From Spirochaetota bacterium (GTDB lineage Bacteria > Spirochaetota > UBA4802 > UBA5550): a DNA stretch of 64,000 bases. The notes beneath the pieces were generated by a model. It was given only the letters and a program-made list of their open reading frames with translations. It did no database searches and was not told where the DNA came from. The translations under genes and the position numbers were made by a program. The stretch covers positions 16,587 through 80,586 of the forward strand of contig DAISJZ010000003.1 in assembly GCA_036821145.1 (NCBI GenBank). The letters run 5' to 3'. Positions 10,163 to 20,009 of the stretch are shown here, piece after piece (the stretch's first letter is position 1; the number at the start of each line of letters is the position of its first letter).

Positions 10163-10996
10163 TCACTTCCTGTTTCTGTCCCATTTGGAGAGGATTGTGT
10201 CAGGATCGATATCTGCGATAGATTGAAATATATAATCAGGCTGGTAAGGGGATCTCCTTAAATCCTCCGGGGATGTTACGCCGGACATTACAAGACAGCA
10301 GGTCATCCCTGCCTCAAGCCCGCCGACAATATCCGTATCCATTCTGTCCCCTATCATGAAAGAGTTTCTTGTATGGACTTTAAGTTTTTTACGCGCCCAG
10401 TACATCATTACAGGATTGGGTTTCCCGAGAAAATACGGAGTAACTCCGGTTACCCTTTCAATGGGCGCGACAAGGGCGCCGCATGCCGGCACCGGCCCCC
10501 GGGGAGTGGGCCCTGTTATATCCGGATTAGTTGCAAGAAACTTCGCCCCCTCCTCAATCAGAAGCGTTGCCTCTGTTATCCGGCCGTAATCATACTCCTC
10601 TGTTTCACCTACGATTACGTAATCAGGATTCTTTGTTGTAAGCCTGACCCCCACTTTCTCCAGTTCACACTTAAGCCCTCTCCCCCCGATAACATAGGCT
10701 GTTGCATTGGGCATCTGGTGTTTAATAAAACTGGCGGTTGCCATGGCTGAAGTATAAAAATTTTCCGCATCAACTTCAATTCCCATCTCCGCCAGTTTAT
10801 TTCTTAATTCTCCTGCTGTAAAATACGAGTTATTGGTCAGGAAAAGAAACCTGTGTTTTCTTTTTATCAGTTTATCAACAAATTCTTTGGCTCCGGGGAT
10901 CAGCGTAAAACCTTTATTTATCACACCATCCATATCAATGAAAAAAGCCTTAAGGTTGCTCAGTTCATCAAATATATTCAGTCTCTCTTTAAGCAT
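10163..10996 (-). CDS. HAD-IIA family (NagD-like) phosphatase
   Basis: FIDMDGV nucleophile motif, LTNNS motif II, GKP...GDRMDTD motifs III/IV. Confidence 0.8.
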   Translation of the reverse strand: MLKERLNIFDELSNLKAFFIDMDGVINKGFTLIPGAKEFVDKLIKRKHRFLFLTNNSYFTAGELRNKLAEMGIEVDAENFYTSAMATASFIKHQMPNATAYVIGGRGLKCELEKVGVRLTTKNPDYVIVGETEEYDYGRITEATLLIEEGAKFLATNPDITGPTPRGPVPACGALVAPIERVTGVTPYFLGKPNPVMMYWARKKLKVHTRNSFMIGDRMDTDIVGGLEAGMTCCLVMSGVTSPEDLRRSPYQPDYIFQSIADIDPDTILSKWDRNRK

Positions 10997-12861
10997 TATT
11001 TACCTTTTTTCTTAATAAATTTTCCCGCGTAATTAATCCCTTCTATAACATTTCTTACTGAATAAATGTCCCTTACGCATGCGGGAGTTTCAAACCCCTC
11101 TCCCGGCGGAATTATCGCAAGATAAGGAATTGAGCTGCTCCCCATACCCCGCATCAGAGTTTCAGCTTCGGGATGGGGCACTGTTATGTCCGCTACCATA
11201 AAATCTATATCATCTCTTGAAAAAAGTCGAAGAATTCTCTCATCTTCCAGAACCGTTTTTTCAACAAGCTTGCAGTTGGGGCACCAGTCAGCAGTAAAAT
11301 CAATTACTGAGATTATCCCTTTATCCCTGTTCGCGAGAACCCTCTCCATTGAAAACGGGATCTTCTCTGATGCATCAGCTTTCTTCTGTATATAATTGAA
11401 GGAGACAAAATAACCCCCCGCAAGAATAACAACAAGCATAACCTCGGAGACAACCCTTGAAAGTCTGCTCCTGTCAAGGCTCCCGAATCTTCCATACTGC
11501 CAGAAACCAAGGGCAACAAAAAAGAGAAAGAGAACCAGGTTCATCCTGAATGAAAGATCAGATACCCAGACAAGATACAGCGCGGTAAGCATAAGGAGAA
11601 AACCCATCACCTCCTCAAAAACCTCGGTCCACTCACCGGGTTTAGGTATATATTTTATAAGTGCCGGCCGCGCTGTGAGTATTACATAAGGGAGGGCCAT
11701 GCCGACACCTATTGAAAAGAATACTGCGAATATTTCAACAGGAGGTCTCTGAAGTACCCAGGCAAGCGTTCCGCCAAGCAGCGGCCCGCTGCATGGAGTG
11801 GCAAGCAGAGTCGCCACTCCACCTTTAATAAAAGCATCGGGATATATGTTTCTCCTTTTTGAGATCAGCTTCCCTGTAAATGCGGGGGTATTAATGATAT
11901 ATACATTAAACATGGAGAGTGCCATGGCAAAGACAAAGGCTGCCATAAACACAATAAACAGCCTGTTCTGAAAAAGCTCCCCCCACTTATATCCCCAGAA
12001 GGCAGCCAGTGTTGCAAGTACAAGAAAACTTGTAATTATACCCGCCGAAAAAAGAAGTCCCTGAATAAGCATAACTTTTCTGCTCTTATGAGCATTTTCC
12101 ATGAAAGAGAGTATTTTAAGGCTCACCACAGGGAGCACGCAGGGCATAAAGTTCAGGATAAAACCTGCCAGTATCCCTAACAGTATCGCTTCAATAAGTC
12201 CTGAAACCCCGCGCTCAGGGCAGACCGGGGAGAACCTGAAGCTTTTTATAAGGGCAACCATCTTACCGCTTTCAACAATTTTCTTAGCGTCAGTAGTTTC
12301 AAATACCGGGCTCCCTTCCGGCATGGAGAGGAACTCCTTCATCGCCGGTTCCTGTGACAGATCCTGCGGGCTTCCGGCAGCTGCCACTTTAACAGGGATT
12401 ATTATTGATTTTTCAAAGGGTGTGCAGGCACCGTATCCGCACATCAGGGCTTTCACCTTCAGCTTCACCTTATATGTTCCGGTTTTAACTCTATCTGAGG
12501 GAATAAAGCTTATTCCTATTTTTGTCTTTTTCTTATAAATGTTGACATCAGCTGTATCACCTTCCGCCCTGTACTCTTCCCCTTTGCTGTACCTAACCTC
12601 CCTGAAGTCGGAATTAAAAGGGAAAGAGGGGTATAACTCTGTAGCCATACCTGTCCCCGGCCCTTTTGGATTAGCGTAAATATAATATCCCTCAGGTATA
12701 TCAATTCCTGCAAAAAAAACAGCGCTCTTGCCATGAACAGCGTTAATTTCACCCGAAAGATTATATAATTTTAATGATTCATTATCCGCAAATGCAGTTA
12801 CTGATAATAGTATTAATAGAGTGGATAAAAAAGAGATAATCCCTGTTATTTTAAATTTCAT
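10996..12861 (-). CDS. dsbD: Thiol:disulfide interchange protein DsbD-like (CcdA-type TM core plus C-terminal thioredoxin fold)
   Basis: Signal peptide and an N-terminal periplasmic domain with Cys (ALMCGYGAC). TM core motifs NFMPCVLPV and LATPCSGPLLG. C-terminal DFTADWCPNCK. Confidence 0.75.
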   Translation of the reverse strand: MKFKITGIISFLSTLLILLSVTAFADNESLKLYNLSGEINAVHGKSAVFFAGIDIPEGYYIYANPKGPGTGMATELYPSFPFNSDFREVRYSKGEEYRAEGDTADVNIYKKKTKIGISFIPSDRVKTGTYKVKLKVKALMCGYGACTPFEKSIIIPVKVAAAGSPQDLSQEPAMKEFLSMPEGSPVFETTDAKKIVESGKMVALIKSFRFSPVCPERGVSGLIEAILLGILAGFILNFMPCVLPVVSLKILSFMENAHKSRKVMLIQGLLFSAGIITSFLVLATLAAFWGYKWGELFQNRLFIVFMAAFVFAMALSMFNVYIINTPAFTGKLISKRRNIYPDAFIKGGVATLLATPCSGPLLGGTLAWVLQRPPVEIFAVFFSIGVGMALPYVILTARPALIKYIPKPGEWTEVFEEVMGFLLMLTALYLVWVSDLSFRMNLVLFLFFVALGFWQYGRFGSLDRSRLSRVVSEVMLVVILAGGYFVSFNYIQKKADASEKIPFSMERVLANRDKGIISVIDFTADWCPNCKLVEKTVLEDERILRLFSRDDIDFMVADITVPHPEAETLMRGMGSSSIPYLAIIPPGEGFETPACVRDIYSVRNVIEGINYAGKFIKKKGK

Positions 12862-12929
12862 TATATAACCGCCGGTTGATTTTTAAACTATTTCAAGCTT
12901 TAATACGACATTGAGAACGGCCGTCAGAT

Positions 12930-13099
12930 AGTAAAGCCACTCCCCTGCGTCCGCGAAGGCGCGGCAATAGCACTTTCATGTGCGTCATAATCTGATTGCG
13001 GGACAGTAAAACCTTTTTGCAATAATCAGACAACTTTAAGAACAGATTCCCGCTTCGCGAAGCCTCTCCCGAGCTCGTCGAAGGGCTCTTCACAATGAC
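12930..13099. repeat. Composite copy of intergenic repeat family A (GTCATTG[CT]GA.GAGCCCTTCG.CGAGCTC.GGA.AGGC.TCGCGA..)
   Basis: The reverse complement of 13046..13099 matches 28964..29017 at 45 of 54 positions (my manual alignment). 12945..12975 carries a related CGCGAAGGCGCGGCAAT half in the opposite orientation, giving an imperfect long hairpin. Confidence 0.5.
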
Positions 13100-13170
13100 G
13101 GCAAAAAATATATAGATCGATATTTTTATTATAATGATAAAATCTTAACTCAGTCAATAAATAAAAAATA

Positions 13171-13199
13171 TTGACCCTGCTGCCATACATCTGCATAAT
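13171..13199 (+). promoter_or_regulatory. Sigma70-like promoter for the nitroreductase-tadA pair
   Basis: TTGACC (13171..13176), 17 nt spacer, CATAAT (13194..13199). GGAGG follows at 13211..13215 and ATG at 13222. Confidence 0.4.
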
Positions 13200-13221
13200 A
13201 ATATTATTCAGGAGGTTAGTA

Positions 13222-13806
13222 ATGAATTTTCATGAACTTGTTACAAAAAGCAGAAGCTACAGAAGATTTTATGAAGATAAAACAATCCCGCGCGAAATTC
13301 TCACAGAGATGGCTGACTGCGCAAGACTTATCCCCTCAGCTCAGAACCTTCAGCCTCTCCGCTACCTTATTGTTGACGGTGATGAAAGAGAAACCGTGTT
13401 CAGACACCTTAAATGGGCGGGTTACCTTACAGAGTGGGACGGGCCTGAAAAAGGTGAAAGACCGGCAGCTTATATAATTATACTTAATGATACAGATATT
13501 TCAAAGGTTGTAAAATGGGATCACGGGATAGCAGCCCAGACCATCCTTCTCTGTGCAGCTTCACACGGGATGGGGGGGTGTATTATAGGATCAGTAAACA
13601 GGGATGGTCTCTCTTCTGACCTGGCCATACCTGATAAATATACTATTGAACTTGTGATAGCCCTCGGTTTCCCGAAAGAGAATGTTGTGATTAATGAAAT
13701 AAACAACGGAGATGATATTAAATACTACAGGGACAGCAGCGCAAACCACCATGTCCCGAAAAGAAAGCTTGATGACGTACTCCTTTTTCCCGGAAAAATT
13801 AAATAA
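13222..13806 (+). CDS. Nitroreductase family protein
   Basis: RSYRRF...IPSAQNLQP..., typical of the nitroreductase fold. Start moved to ATG 13222, which has a GGAGG RBS. The ORF-track TTG at 13171 is the putative -35 box. Confidence 0.8.
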   Translation: MNFHELVTKSRSYRRFYEDKTIPREILTEMADCARLIPSAQNLQPLRYLIVDGDERETVFRHLKWAGYLTEWDGPEKGERPAAYIIILNDTDISKVVKWDHGIAAQTILLCAASHGMGGCIIGSVNRDGLSSDLAIPDKYTIELVIALGFPKENVVINEINNGDDIKYYRDSSANHHVPKRKLDDVLLFPGKIK

Positions 13807-14273
13807 TGACCGGCAATTTTTTTATGGAGGCTGCTCTCCGCCTTGCGGAGAGGGCGTTCTCTCTTGATGAAATCCCGGTGGGTGCAGTTGTTGTATATCA
13901 TGGTGAAATTATCTCAGAGGGATTTAACCGGAACCGCGAACTCAACGATCCCACAATGCATGCGGAGATCATCGCAATACGCGGAGCATGCGAAAAGCTT
14001 GCCAACGAACGGCTTAACGGATGTGACATTTATGTTACCAAGGAACCATGCGCCATGTGTGCCGGAGCCATAGTGCATGCAAGAATAGATCGTGTCATAA
14101 TCGGTGCTGAAGATATAAAAGCCGGGGCATGCGGAACAGTTCTCAATATCTGCGGCAACCGGGCTCTCAATCACAGGCCTGAAATAGTTTTCGGTGTTAA
14201 AAAAGATGAATCCGCCGCACTGCTGAAAAAATTTTTTCAGCAGAAGCGGGCTGCTGCTAAAAACGGGGGTTAA
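13806..14273 (+). CDS. tadA: tRNA adenosine(34) deaminase
   Basis: Cytidine/deoxycytidylate deaminase zinc motifs HAE...PCAMCAGA; about 155 aa. The start overlaps the upstream stop (TAATG). Confidence 0.9.
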   Translation: MTGNFFMEAALRLAERAFSLDEIPVGAVVVYHGEIISEGFNRNRELNDPTMHAEIIAIRGACEKLANERLNGCDIYVTKEPCAMCAGAIVHARIDRVIIGAEDIKAGACGTVLNICGNRALNHRPEIVFGVKKDESAALLKKFFQQKRAAAKNGG

Positions 14274-14947
14274 TCCTCTTTAAGGAAATCAGCGCTCACT
14301 CCATCCTTCAGTTTCATCAGAACAAGAGGTATAGACTGGGTGGCCCCGGGATTATTATTCATTCCGGACTTTACATTAACCTTCACTGTTCTTAAATCAA
14401 ACTTCGGATGTTCAAATTTCACCCTGAATTCAATTTCAGAGAGATCTTTCATATCCTTTTCCATGTACTTCGGCCAGAAATGAAAATATCCCCTGGTGGC
14501 CTTTGTTCCGTGATACGGATTCTTCCATCCGGAATCCATCATATGAGCAGGTTCATCATTATATAGAAGGGTAATTTTCAGATCAGGTATAACAGAGAGA
14601 GTTGTCTCTTCAAGGGCTTCACCGATCATGTGCGGGAGTATGGCTGCTGTTTTGTCCCCGATGATTTCATTCTCATCCACTTCGGTTTCTCTCCTCTTTG
14701 AAAAGAGCTCAATGGCCTCGTAAGTAAGAAAAAGGATATCTGTATGCTGCTGGAACTTCAGGCGCGGATCTATCCTTGTGTGGATAATACCCCTCTCCCC
14801 TGTCACATAACGCGGAGGCACCCTGTTCAGAATATAAGCTATAATATCATTCCTGTGAATTTTAAGATTATGAAGGGCCTCATCTTTTTTTAAGACCTCA
14901 TCAACAATATCCTTCACAATTACTTCAATCAGATTAAAGAACTCCAT
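14270..14947 (-). CDS. ComFB-like domain protein with an uncharacterised C-terminal domain
   Basis: The N-terminus FNLIEVIVKDIVDEVL...RNDIIAYILNRVPPRYVT resembles the ComFB core (B. subtilis ...NDVLALSLNKVSPSYVT) but lacks its cysteines. It lies 3 nt downstream of lon. Confidence 0.5.
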   Translation of the reverse strand: MEFFNLIEVIVKDIVDEVLKKDEALHNLKIHRNDIIAYILNRVPPRYVTGERGIIHTRIDPRLKFQQHTDILFLTYEAIELFSKRRETEVDENEIIGDKTAAILPHMIGEALEETTLSVIPDLKITLLYNDEPAHMMDSGWKNPYHGTKATRGYFHFWPKYMEKDMKDLSEIEFRVKFEHPKFDLRTVKVNVKSGMNNNPGATQSIPLVLMKLKDGVSADFLKED

Positions 14948-14950
14948 AGA

Positions 14951-17386
14951 TCACCTCTTCATCTTTCCCCTCTTTTTACCGAAGGAGATATCCAGTACTT
15001 CAAGTATATCACTAACAGGATGAAAAGTCAGCCCTTTTTTCACATAATCCGGAATATCTTCCAGATCTTTTTTATTTTCAGATGGTATAATTATATGTTT
15101 TATATCAGCCCTTTTTGCAGCAATTACCTTCTCCTTAAGCCCCCCTATAGGAAAAACCCTCCCGGACAGCGTAAGCTCCCCTGTCATTGCGAGATCGCTG
15201 CGACCCATAATCCCTGTTACCATGGAATATATTGAAGCAGCCATCGTTATCCCGGCTGAGGGGCCGTCCTTTGGAGTTGCACCCTCAGGCACATGGACAT
15301 GGACCAGGAACTCCTCAAAGATCTTCCTCGCAGCTTCATCCTCCTGCATCAGGTGGTTTATATAAGTATAGGCTATGTTTGCTGATTCAGTCATAACATC
15401 ACCAAGCTGCCCGGTGAGTTTAAGTCCCGGCCCGCCCTTACTCTTCACAGCTATGGATTCTATGGTAAGAATCGCTCCGCCAAGGGATGTCCAGGCGAGT
15501 CCTGTTATTATTCCGGGTTTATTTATCACCGGTTTTTCATCCTCGTGATAAACCTCTGTGCCAAGATACTCACGTATTTCAGCATCAGTGAGAGGGTCAC
15601 CTGGAATCTTTTTATTCTTTGCAATGAGCGTTGCGGTCTTACGGCAAATCTTTTCGATATTCCGCTCAAGGTTACGCACCCCTGCTTCACGGGCCCAGCC
15701 GCTTATAATGTTAAGATATCCATCCTTGCTGATCTTTACCGCGTCCCTGTCCAGCCCATGCATCTTAAGCTGTTTCGGGAGGAGATACTTCCGCGCAATC
15801 TCATATTTTTCCATGGATATATACCCGGAAAGCCTGATTATCTCCATCCTGTCAGCCAGCACCTGAGGGATCGTATCAAGAGTGTTTGCTGTAGTTATAA
15901 AAAGAACATCACTCAGATTAAAGGGGAGATCGAGATAGTAATCCCTGAACTCAACATTCTGTTCAGGATCAAGCACCTCAAGGAGAGCAGACGCGGGGTC
16001 CCCCTGGAAGCTCTGCCCCATCTTGTCTATCTCATCCAGCATAAACACCGGGTTATTGGTTTTGGTAATTTTAAGTCCCTGAATAATCTTGCCGGGCATT
16101 GCCCCGATATAGGTTTTTCTGTGGCCTTTAATCTCAGCCTCGTCCCTCATTCCTCCGAGAGACATTCTGAAAAATTTTCTGTTTAATGCTGATGCAATGG
16201 ATTTACCAAGTGAAGTTTTACCGACTCCGGGAGGCCCCACGAGGCAGATGATTGAACCGCGGGCATCCGGTTTAATTTTTCTCAGTGCGATAAATTCAAG
16301 TATCCTCTTCTTTACATCATCAAGGCCATAGTGATCCCTGTTCAGTATCTTCTCAGCCTTATCAAGATCAATTGAATCCGTTGTGGCAGTATTCCATGGC
16401 AGAGAGAGAACCGTATCTATATAATTTTTTGCAACAGAGTATTCCGATGAAGAGGGTTCCATAAAGAGAAACCTTTCAATCTCCTCGTTGATTTTATCAA
16501 GCACCTCCCCCTTCAGGGCGAGTTCCTCAACTTTTTTCTTCATCTCGCGTACTTCAACAGTACGCTCATCCTCCTCCATCCCCAGCTCAACTTTTATAGC
16601 CTTAAGCTGTTCACGGAGAAAGTATTCCCGCTGCTGTCTGTCAATTTTATCGCTTATCTGGTGCTGGATCTTTTTCTGGACCTCCATCACCTCCATCTCC
16701 TTATGCAGCAGATGAAGGACACGGACAAGCCTCTGTTTAACATCCAGTGTTTCCAGGACATCCTGATACTCCTGCTTGTCAATATTCAGAATTGAAGTTA
16801 CAAAGTCCGCAATCTTACCCGGCTCCTCAACATTAAGCATGGTAAGTTTCATCTCTTCAGTAAAGAGCGGATTATTGTCAGAAAGGAGTTTCAGCTTTGA
16901 AAGAACTTCTCGGGTGTATGCTTTTATTTCAATCTTCCCTTTTTTATTATCAAGAATATCTTCAAGATATTCAACTTCCGCCACAAGGTTCTTTTTCTTC
17001 TCAACTTCTTTCCTGATTTTAAATCTCTTCACACTGTTTATAAGAACATTAACTCCGCCGTCAGGGAGATTTATTTTTTTAAGAACCCTTGCAGCAGTGC
17101 CGTATTTATAAAGATCCTCAAATTCAATTTCACCCTTCTCATCATCTTTAATAAGCACAAGGCCTATGGTTCTTGAGTCATTAAGCACTTTATCAATTAC
17201 CCTGGTAAACCTCCCCTGCGAAATAATAAGAGGAGTTACAATGCCGGGGAAAATCGGCCTGTATCTTATAGGTATAAGGTAAAGCTGGTCAGGAAGAACA
17301 TGATCAATAGCGAGAAGATCCCCTTCCAGAATCTCGGCGTCTATCGAGAAATCCCCCCCTTCTGACATTATATCATCAATATCCAT
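14951..17386 (-). CDS. lon: ATP-dependent Lon protease
   Basis: 811 aa. LON N-domain, Walker A GPPGVGKTS, Walker B FMLDEIDK, and protease active-site context PKDGPSAGITMA. Confidence 0.95.
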   Translation of the reverse strand: MDIDDIMSEGGDFSIDAEILEGDLLAIDHVLPDQLYLIPIRYRPIFPGIVTPLIISQGRFTRVIDKVLNDSRTIGLVLIKDDEKGEIEFEDLYKYGTAARVLKKINLPDGGVNVLINSVKRFKIRKEVEKKKNLVAEVEYLEDILDNKKGKIEIKAYTREVLSKLKLLSDNNPLFTEEMKLTMLNVEEPGKIADFVTSILNIDKQEYQDVLETLDVKQRLVRVLHLLHKEMEVMEVQKKIQHQISDKIDRQQREYFLREQLKAIKVELGMEEDERTVEVREMKKKVEELALKGEVLDKINEEIERFLFMEPSSSEYSVAKNYIDTVLSLPWNTATTDSIDLDKAEKILNRDHYGLDDVKKRILEFIALRKIKPDARGSIICLVGPPGVGKTSLGKSIASALNRKFFRMSLGGMRDEAEIKGHRKTYIGAMPGKIIQGLKITKTNNPVFMLDEIDKMGQSFQGDPASALLEVLDPEQNVEFRDYYLDLPFNLSDVLFITTANTLDTIPQVLADRMEIIRLSGYISMEKYEIARKYLLPKQLKMHGLDRDAVKISKDGYLNIISGWAREAGVRNLERNIEKICRKTATLIAKNKKIPGDPLTDAEIREYLGTEVYHEDEKPVINKPGIITGLAWTSLGGAILTIESIAVKSKGGPGLKLTGQLGDVMTESANIAYTYINHLMQEDEAARKIFEEFLVHVHVPEGATPKDGPSAGITMAASIYSMVTGIMGRSDLAMTGELTLSGRVFPIGGLKEKVIAAKRADIKHIIIPSENKKDLEDIPDYVKKGLTFHPVSDILEVLDISFGKKRGKMKR

Positions 17387-17717
17387 TAATTCATCTCCAG
17401 GTTTTATTAAACTGCAGTAAAACAGACTTTTTTAAGCTGATTCACCTTAAAAAGTCTTAAAACATGCTGAAATCGCAACTTCATATTCAGTACCTCATTA
17501 ATCAAGGATTTTTTGAAGCTTTAATTTTTCAGGATAAACTACACTTAAGCTAACCCCCCTCTGCAAACCCTTTCAAGCATAAAACCCTCTTCTTTACGAT
17601 AAATAGAAAATTCATTAGTTAATGCAGAAAATAATTAATTTTAAACACAACCCTCTGTAAAAAAATTTTTAAATCCCGTTCCCGCAATCGTATTCAATTT
17701 GAAAAGGGTAAACTTTA

Positions 17718-18713
17718 ATGCAAAAAATAATTATAACCACTCTTATTATTATATCTGTATCCCGCTGCTACGGGCAAATTTTAATAAATGAAATTTCCGC
17801 AGGCGGGAGTACTGACTGGGTCGAGATAAAGGTTTCCGAAGATGTCTCTGCCATTGATATATCAGGACTTTTTGTTACCATGTATTACGGCAGCAATGAA
17901 AAGATTGCCGGCTCCCCTGTCACACTGAGAGGGAAAGATATTCCCGAAACTCCTTATGACGACAGATTTGCGGTAATTCATTTCAGTTCTTCAGGCGGGA
18001 CTGATGAAACAGATGCAGCAGGAGACATTAACGGCAATGGAGTAAGAGATCTTTACTGCAATAATTACGGTTTATGGAATACAGATTGCGTTGTTTCAAT
18101 TGATACTGATGACGACCCTGCAAACGGCGGAATTATTGACTTCGCGGCTTTCTCCAACAGGGACGGATCTGTTAACAGTACAATCGCAGGGTACATGAAA
18201 TACGCGTCAGATTCAGGGGAGTGGATCACCTGTTCATCTGCAAACCCCCAGGATTGTATGACTTATATAGGCGAAAACGGCATGAACAGCTACTCCACGC
18301 TGTCACGGAAAAAAGCCGCAGACACAAATTCACCTGATGATTTTATCCTTACACAATATTCCACTCCCGGCAGAGATAACATTGTTAACCATATTCACGG
18401 GAACAAAAAAACTGCGGAACCTCTGTCAGACAGAATAATATACAGGCCGGACAGAGAACAGGGTATAATCCCTGTAAAAATTCTGGTTCATAAAAAATGC
18501 TCAGTGAAAATCAGAATTTTTAACGCCGCCGGCTCCGGTATATATTCATCAGATCTTCTCAGGGAATTAACACCGGGCTTTCATACACTTAATATCAGGG
18601 CTTCTGAACTCAAGGGAAAACTGCTTACAGGGCTCTATCCTGTAAAACTTGAATTCTATGCTGAAGGTCGCAGTGATAAATCAACCATCTACCTTGTATT
18701 ACTAAGAAGGTAA
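17718..18713 (+). CDS. Secreted lamin-tail-domain (LTD)-like protein with a FlgD-Ig/T9SS-like C-terminal domain
   Basis: Signal peptide. ILINEISAGGSTDWVEIKV...IDISGLFV matches the LTD N-terminal signature. The C-terminal ~80 aa (VKIRIFNAAGSGIY...GLYPVKLEFYAEG) resembles FlgD-Ig-like/secretion-tag beta sandwiches. Confidence 0.55.
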   Translation: MQKIIITTLIIISVSRCYGQILINEISAGGSTDWVEIKVSEDVSAIDISGLFVTMYYGSNEKIAGSPVTLRGKDIPETPYDDRFAVIHFSSSGGTDETDAAGDINGNGVRDLYCNNYGLWNTDCVVSIDTDDDPANGGIIDFAAFSNRDGSVNSTIAGYMKYASDSGEWITCSSANPQDCMTYIGENGMNSYSTLSRKKAADTNSPDDFILTQYSTPGRDNIVNHIHGNKKTAEPLSDRIIYRPDREQGIIPVKILVHKKCSVKIRIFNAAGSGIYSSDLLRELTPGFHTLNIRASELKGKLLTGLYPVKLEFYAEGRSDKSTIYLVLLRR

Positions 18714-18716
18714 AAC

Positions 18717-20009
18717 ATGCAGGCTACTCTTATCTATTCAATGATTATCCTGATTTCAGCATTTGAGTATAGCGGCAATGAACCGGCGTCCCTATTCCCC
18801 TTCACCACTGCAGCTGAATCATTTTCAATTCCGGGCATCTATCGTAATCCTCTCTCTGTTACCGGTGAAAAAGGATATACTATTTCCGTATGCGGTTCAC
18901 GGCCATACTCAGAAGAAGCTCTGCACTCTTATACTTCAGGAATAAAGTATTCAGGGGAGGAGTGGGGAATTCAGTTTCTCGGCCATTCATTCGGTACAGA
19001 TTTTTACAGGGAGAACCGGTTCTCTGCCGCAGCAGGATTCTCTCCATTAAAAATACTTAATACCGGCTTCACTGCTTCAGTTTATAAACTGGACATAGAT
19101 ACAGATGAAGAGAATTTCAGTCATACAATGTATGATGGTGATATCGGCGGAGCAATCACTCCTTTCAGATGGATAACTATCGCGTTTATACAGAACTCCA
19201 TATCTGCCGCAGCAGCAGAAAGTAATAAATATGAACTCTACCCGGAAAGAAGCGGTGGAATACTGGTTAAACCCTGCACAGGATTTTCTCTATCATGGAA
19301 TATTACAGATACTGCTGCCGGATATATTAATTCATTCTCAGCGGGGGTATCCCCTGCTGCTTTTTTTCACCTCCGAGGCGGGTATACCCCTGAAGATACA
19401 AGGTTCGCGGCATCTTTAACTATAATGCTTAAACACCTGAACGCAACATACTCCCTCTCATCCCACCCCTATCTCGGCTACACCCATTCGTTCAGTATAA
19501 CTTTATCTTCCGTTTCAGAACTTGAAACCATAAAATACAGCACCCCTTCCATTTATACTACTGACAAAAAAATTAATATTAACAGTGCGCCGCCTGATCA
19601 GATAAAAAATATCCCAGGCCTGTGCAGCCGATCATCAGAAAGGATAATTCTTTACAGATCAAAAATAGGCCCTATATCAGAAAAGGGGCTCAGACGTATC
19701 GGACTTGATAATAATGAAATTTCATCCATAAAAAGAAACTGCTACGGCCTCGCACGGGATTCCCGCATAGAGGATAAAGATAACTCCACTAAATACCGTA
19801 AAAAAAATAAAATATATATTCCTCCCAAAGAAAGGATCAGGACAAGATTCCGGATAATGGTAAAAGAAGGTATTCCTGCCTCAACTGCAATCAGGTACAG
19901 CGAATTGCCGGAATCAGCACACACAGTAGATATTGAATCTCTTCTGGCCGAAGAAAATTCACTGACAGAAAAACAGAAGGATATAATCAGGAGAACCTGC
20001 TCCAGATGA
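18717..20009 (+). CDS. Hypothetical beta-rich protein with a ComEA-like helix-hairpin-helix DNA-binding motif and a basic tail
   Basis: ININSAPPDQIKNIPGLCSRSSERIILYRSKIGPISEKGLRRIGL matches the ComEA HhH consensus (vdiNtA...L..lpGIG...A..Ii.yR...G.f). The N-terminal ~260 aa shows an alternating beta-strand pattern. Confidence 0.55.
   Translation: MQATLIYSMIILISAFEYSGNEPASLFPFTTAAESFSIPGIYRNPLSVTGEKGYTISVCGSRPYSEEALHSYTSGIKYSGEEWGIQFLGHSFGTDFYRENRFSAAAGFSPLKILNTGFTASVYKLDIDTDEENFSHTMYDGDIGGAITPFRWITIAFIQNSISAAAAESNKYELYPERSGGILVKPCTGFSLSWNITDTAAGYINSFSAGVSPAAFFHLRGGYTPEDTRFAASLTIMLKHLNATYSLSSHPYLGYTHSFSITLSSVSELETIKYSTPSIYTTDKKININSAPPDQIKNIPGLCSRSSERIILYRSKIGPISEKGLRRIGLDNNEISSIKRNCYGLARDSRIEDKDNSTKYRKKNKIYIPPKERIRTRFRIMVKEGIPASTAIRYSELPESAHTVDIESLLAEENSLTEKQKDIIRRTCSR

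Noticed and set aside
12893-13093. 66 aa ORF in the dsbD / nitroreductase spacer
   Set aside because: It is generated by repeat family A (the same sequence recurs non-coding at 28964..29017). The product is Arg/Ser/Gly-rich, there is no RBS, and it is the kind of spurious ORF such repeats typically create.
13171-13221. ORF-track TTG start extending the nitroreductase by 17 codons
   Set aside because: The TTG is the first base of a TTGACC-17-CATAAT promoter. ATG 13222 has a GGAGG RBS, and family members start near MNFHEL.
15545-16186. 213 aa plus-strand ORF (and several others between 15020 and 17111) inside lon
   Set aside because: They are antisense to an unambiguous Lon protease gene and have no recognisable motifs.
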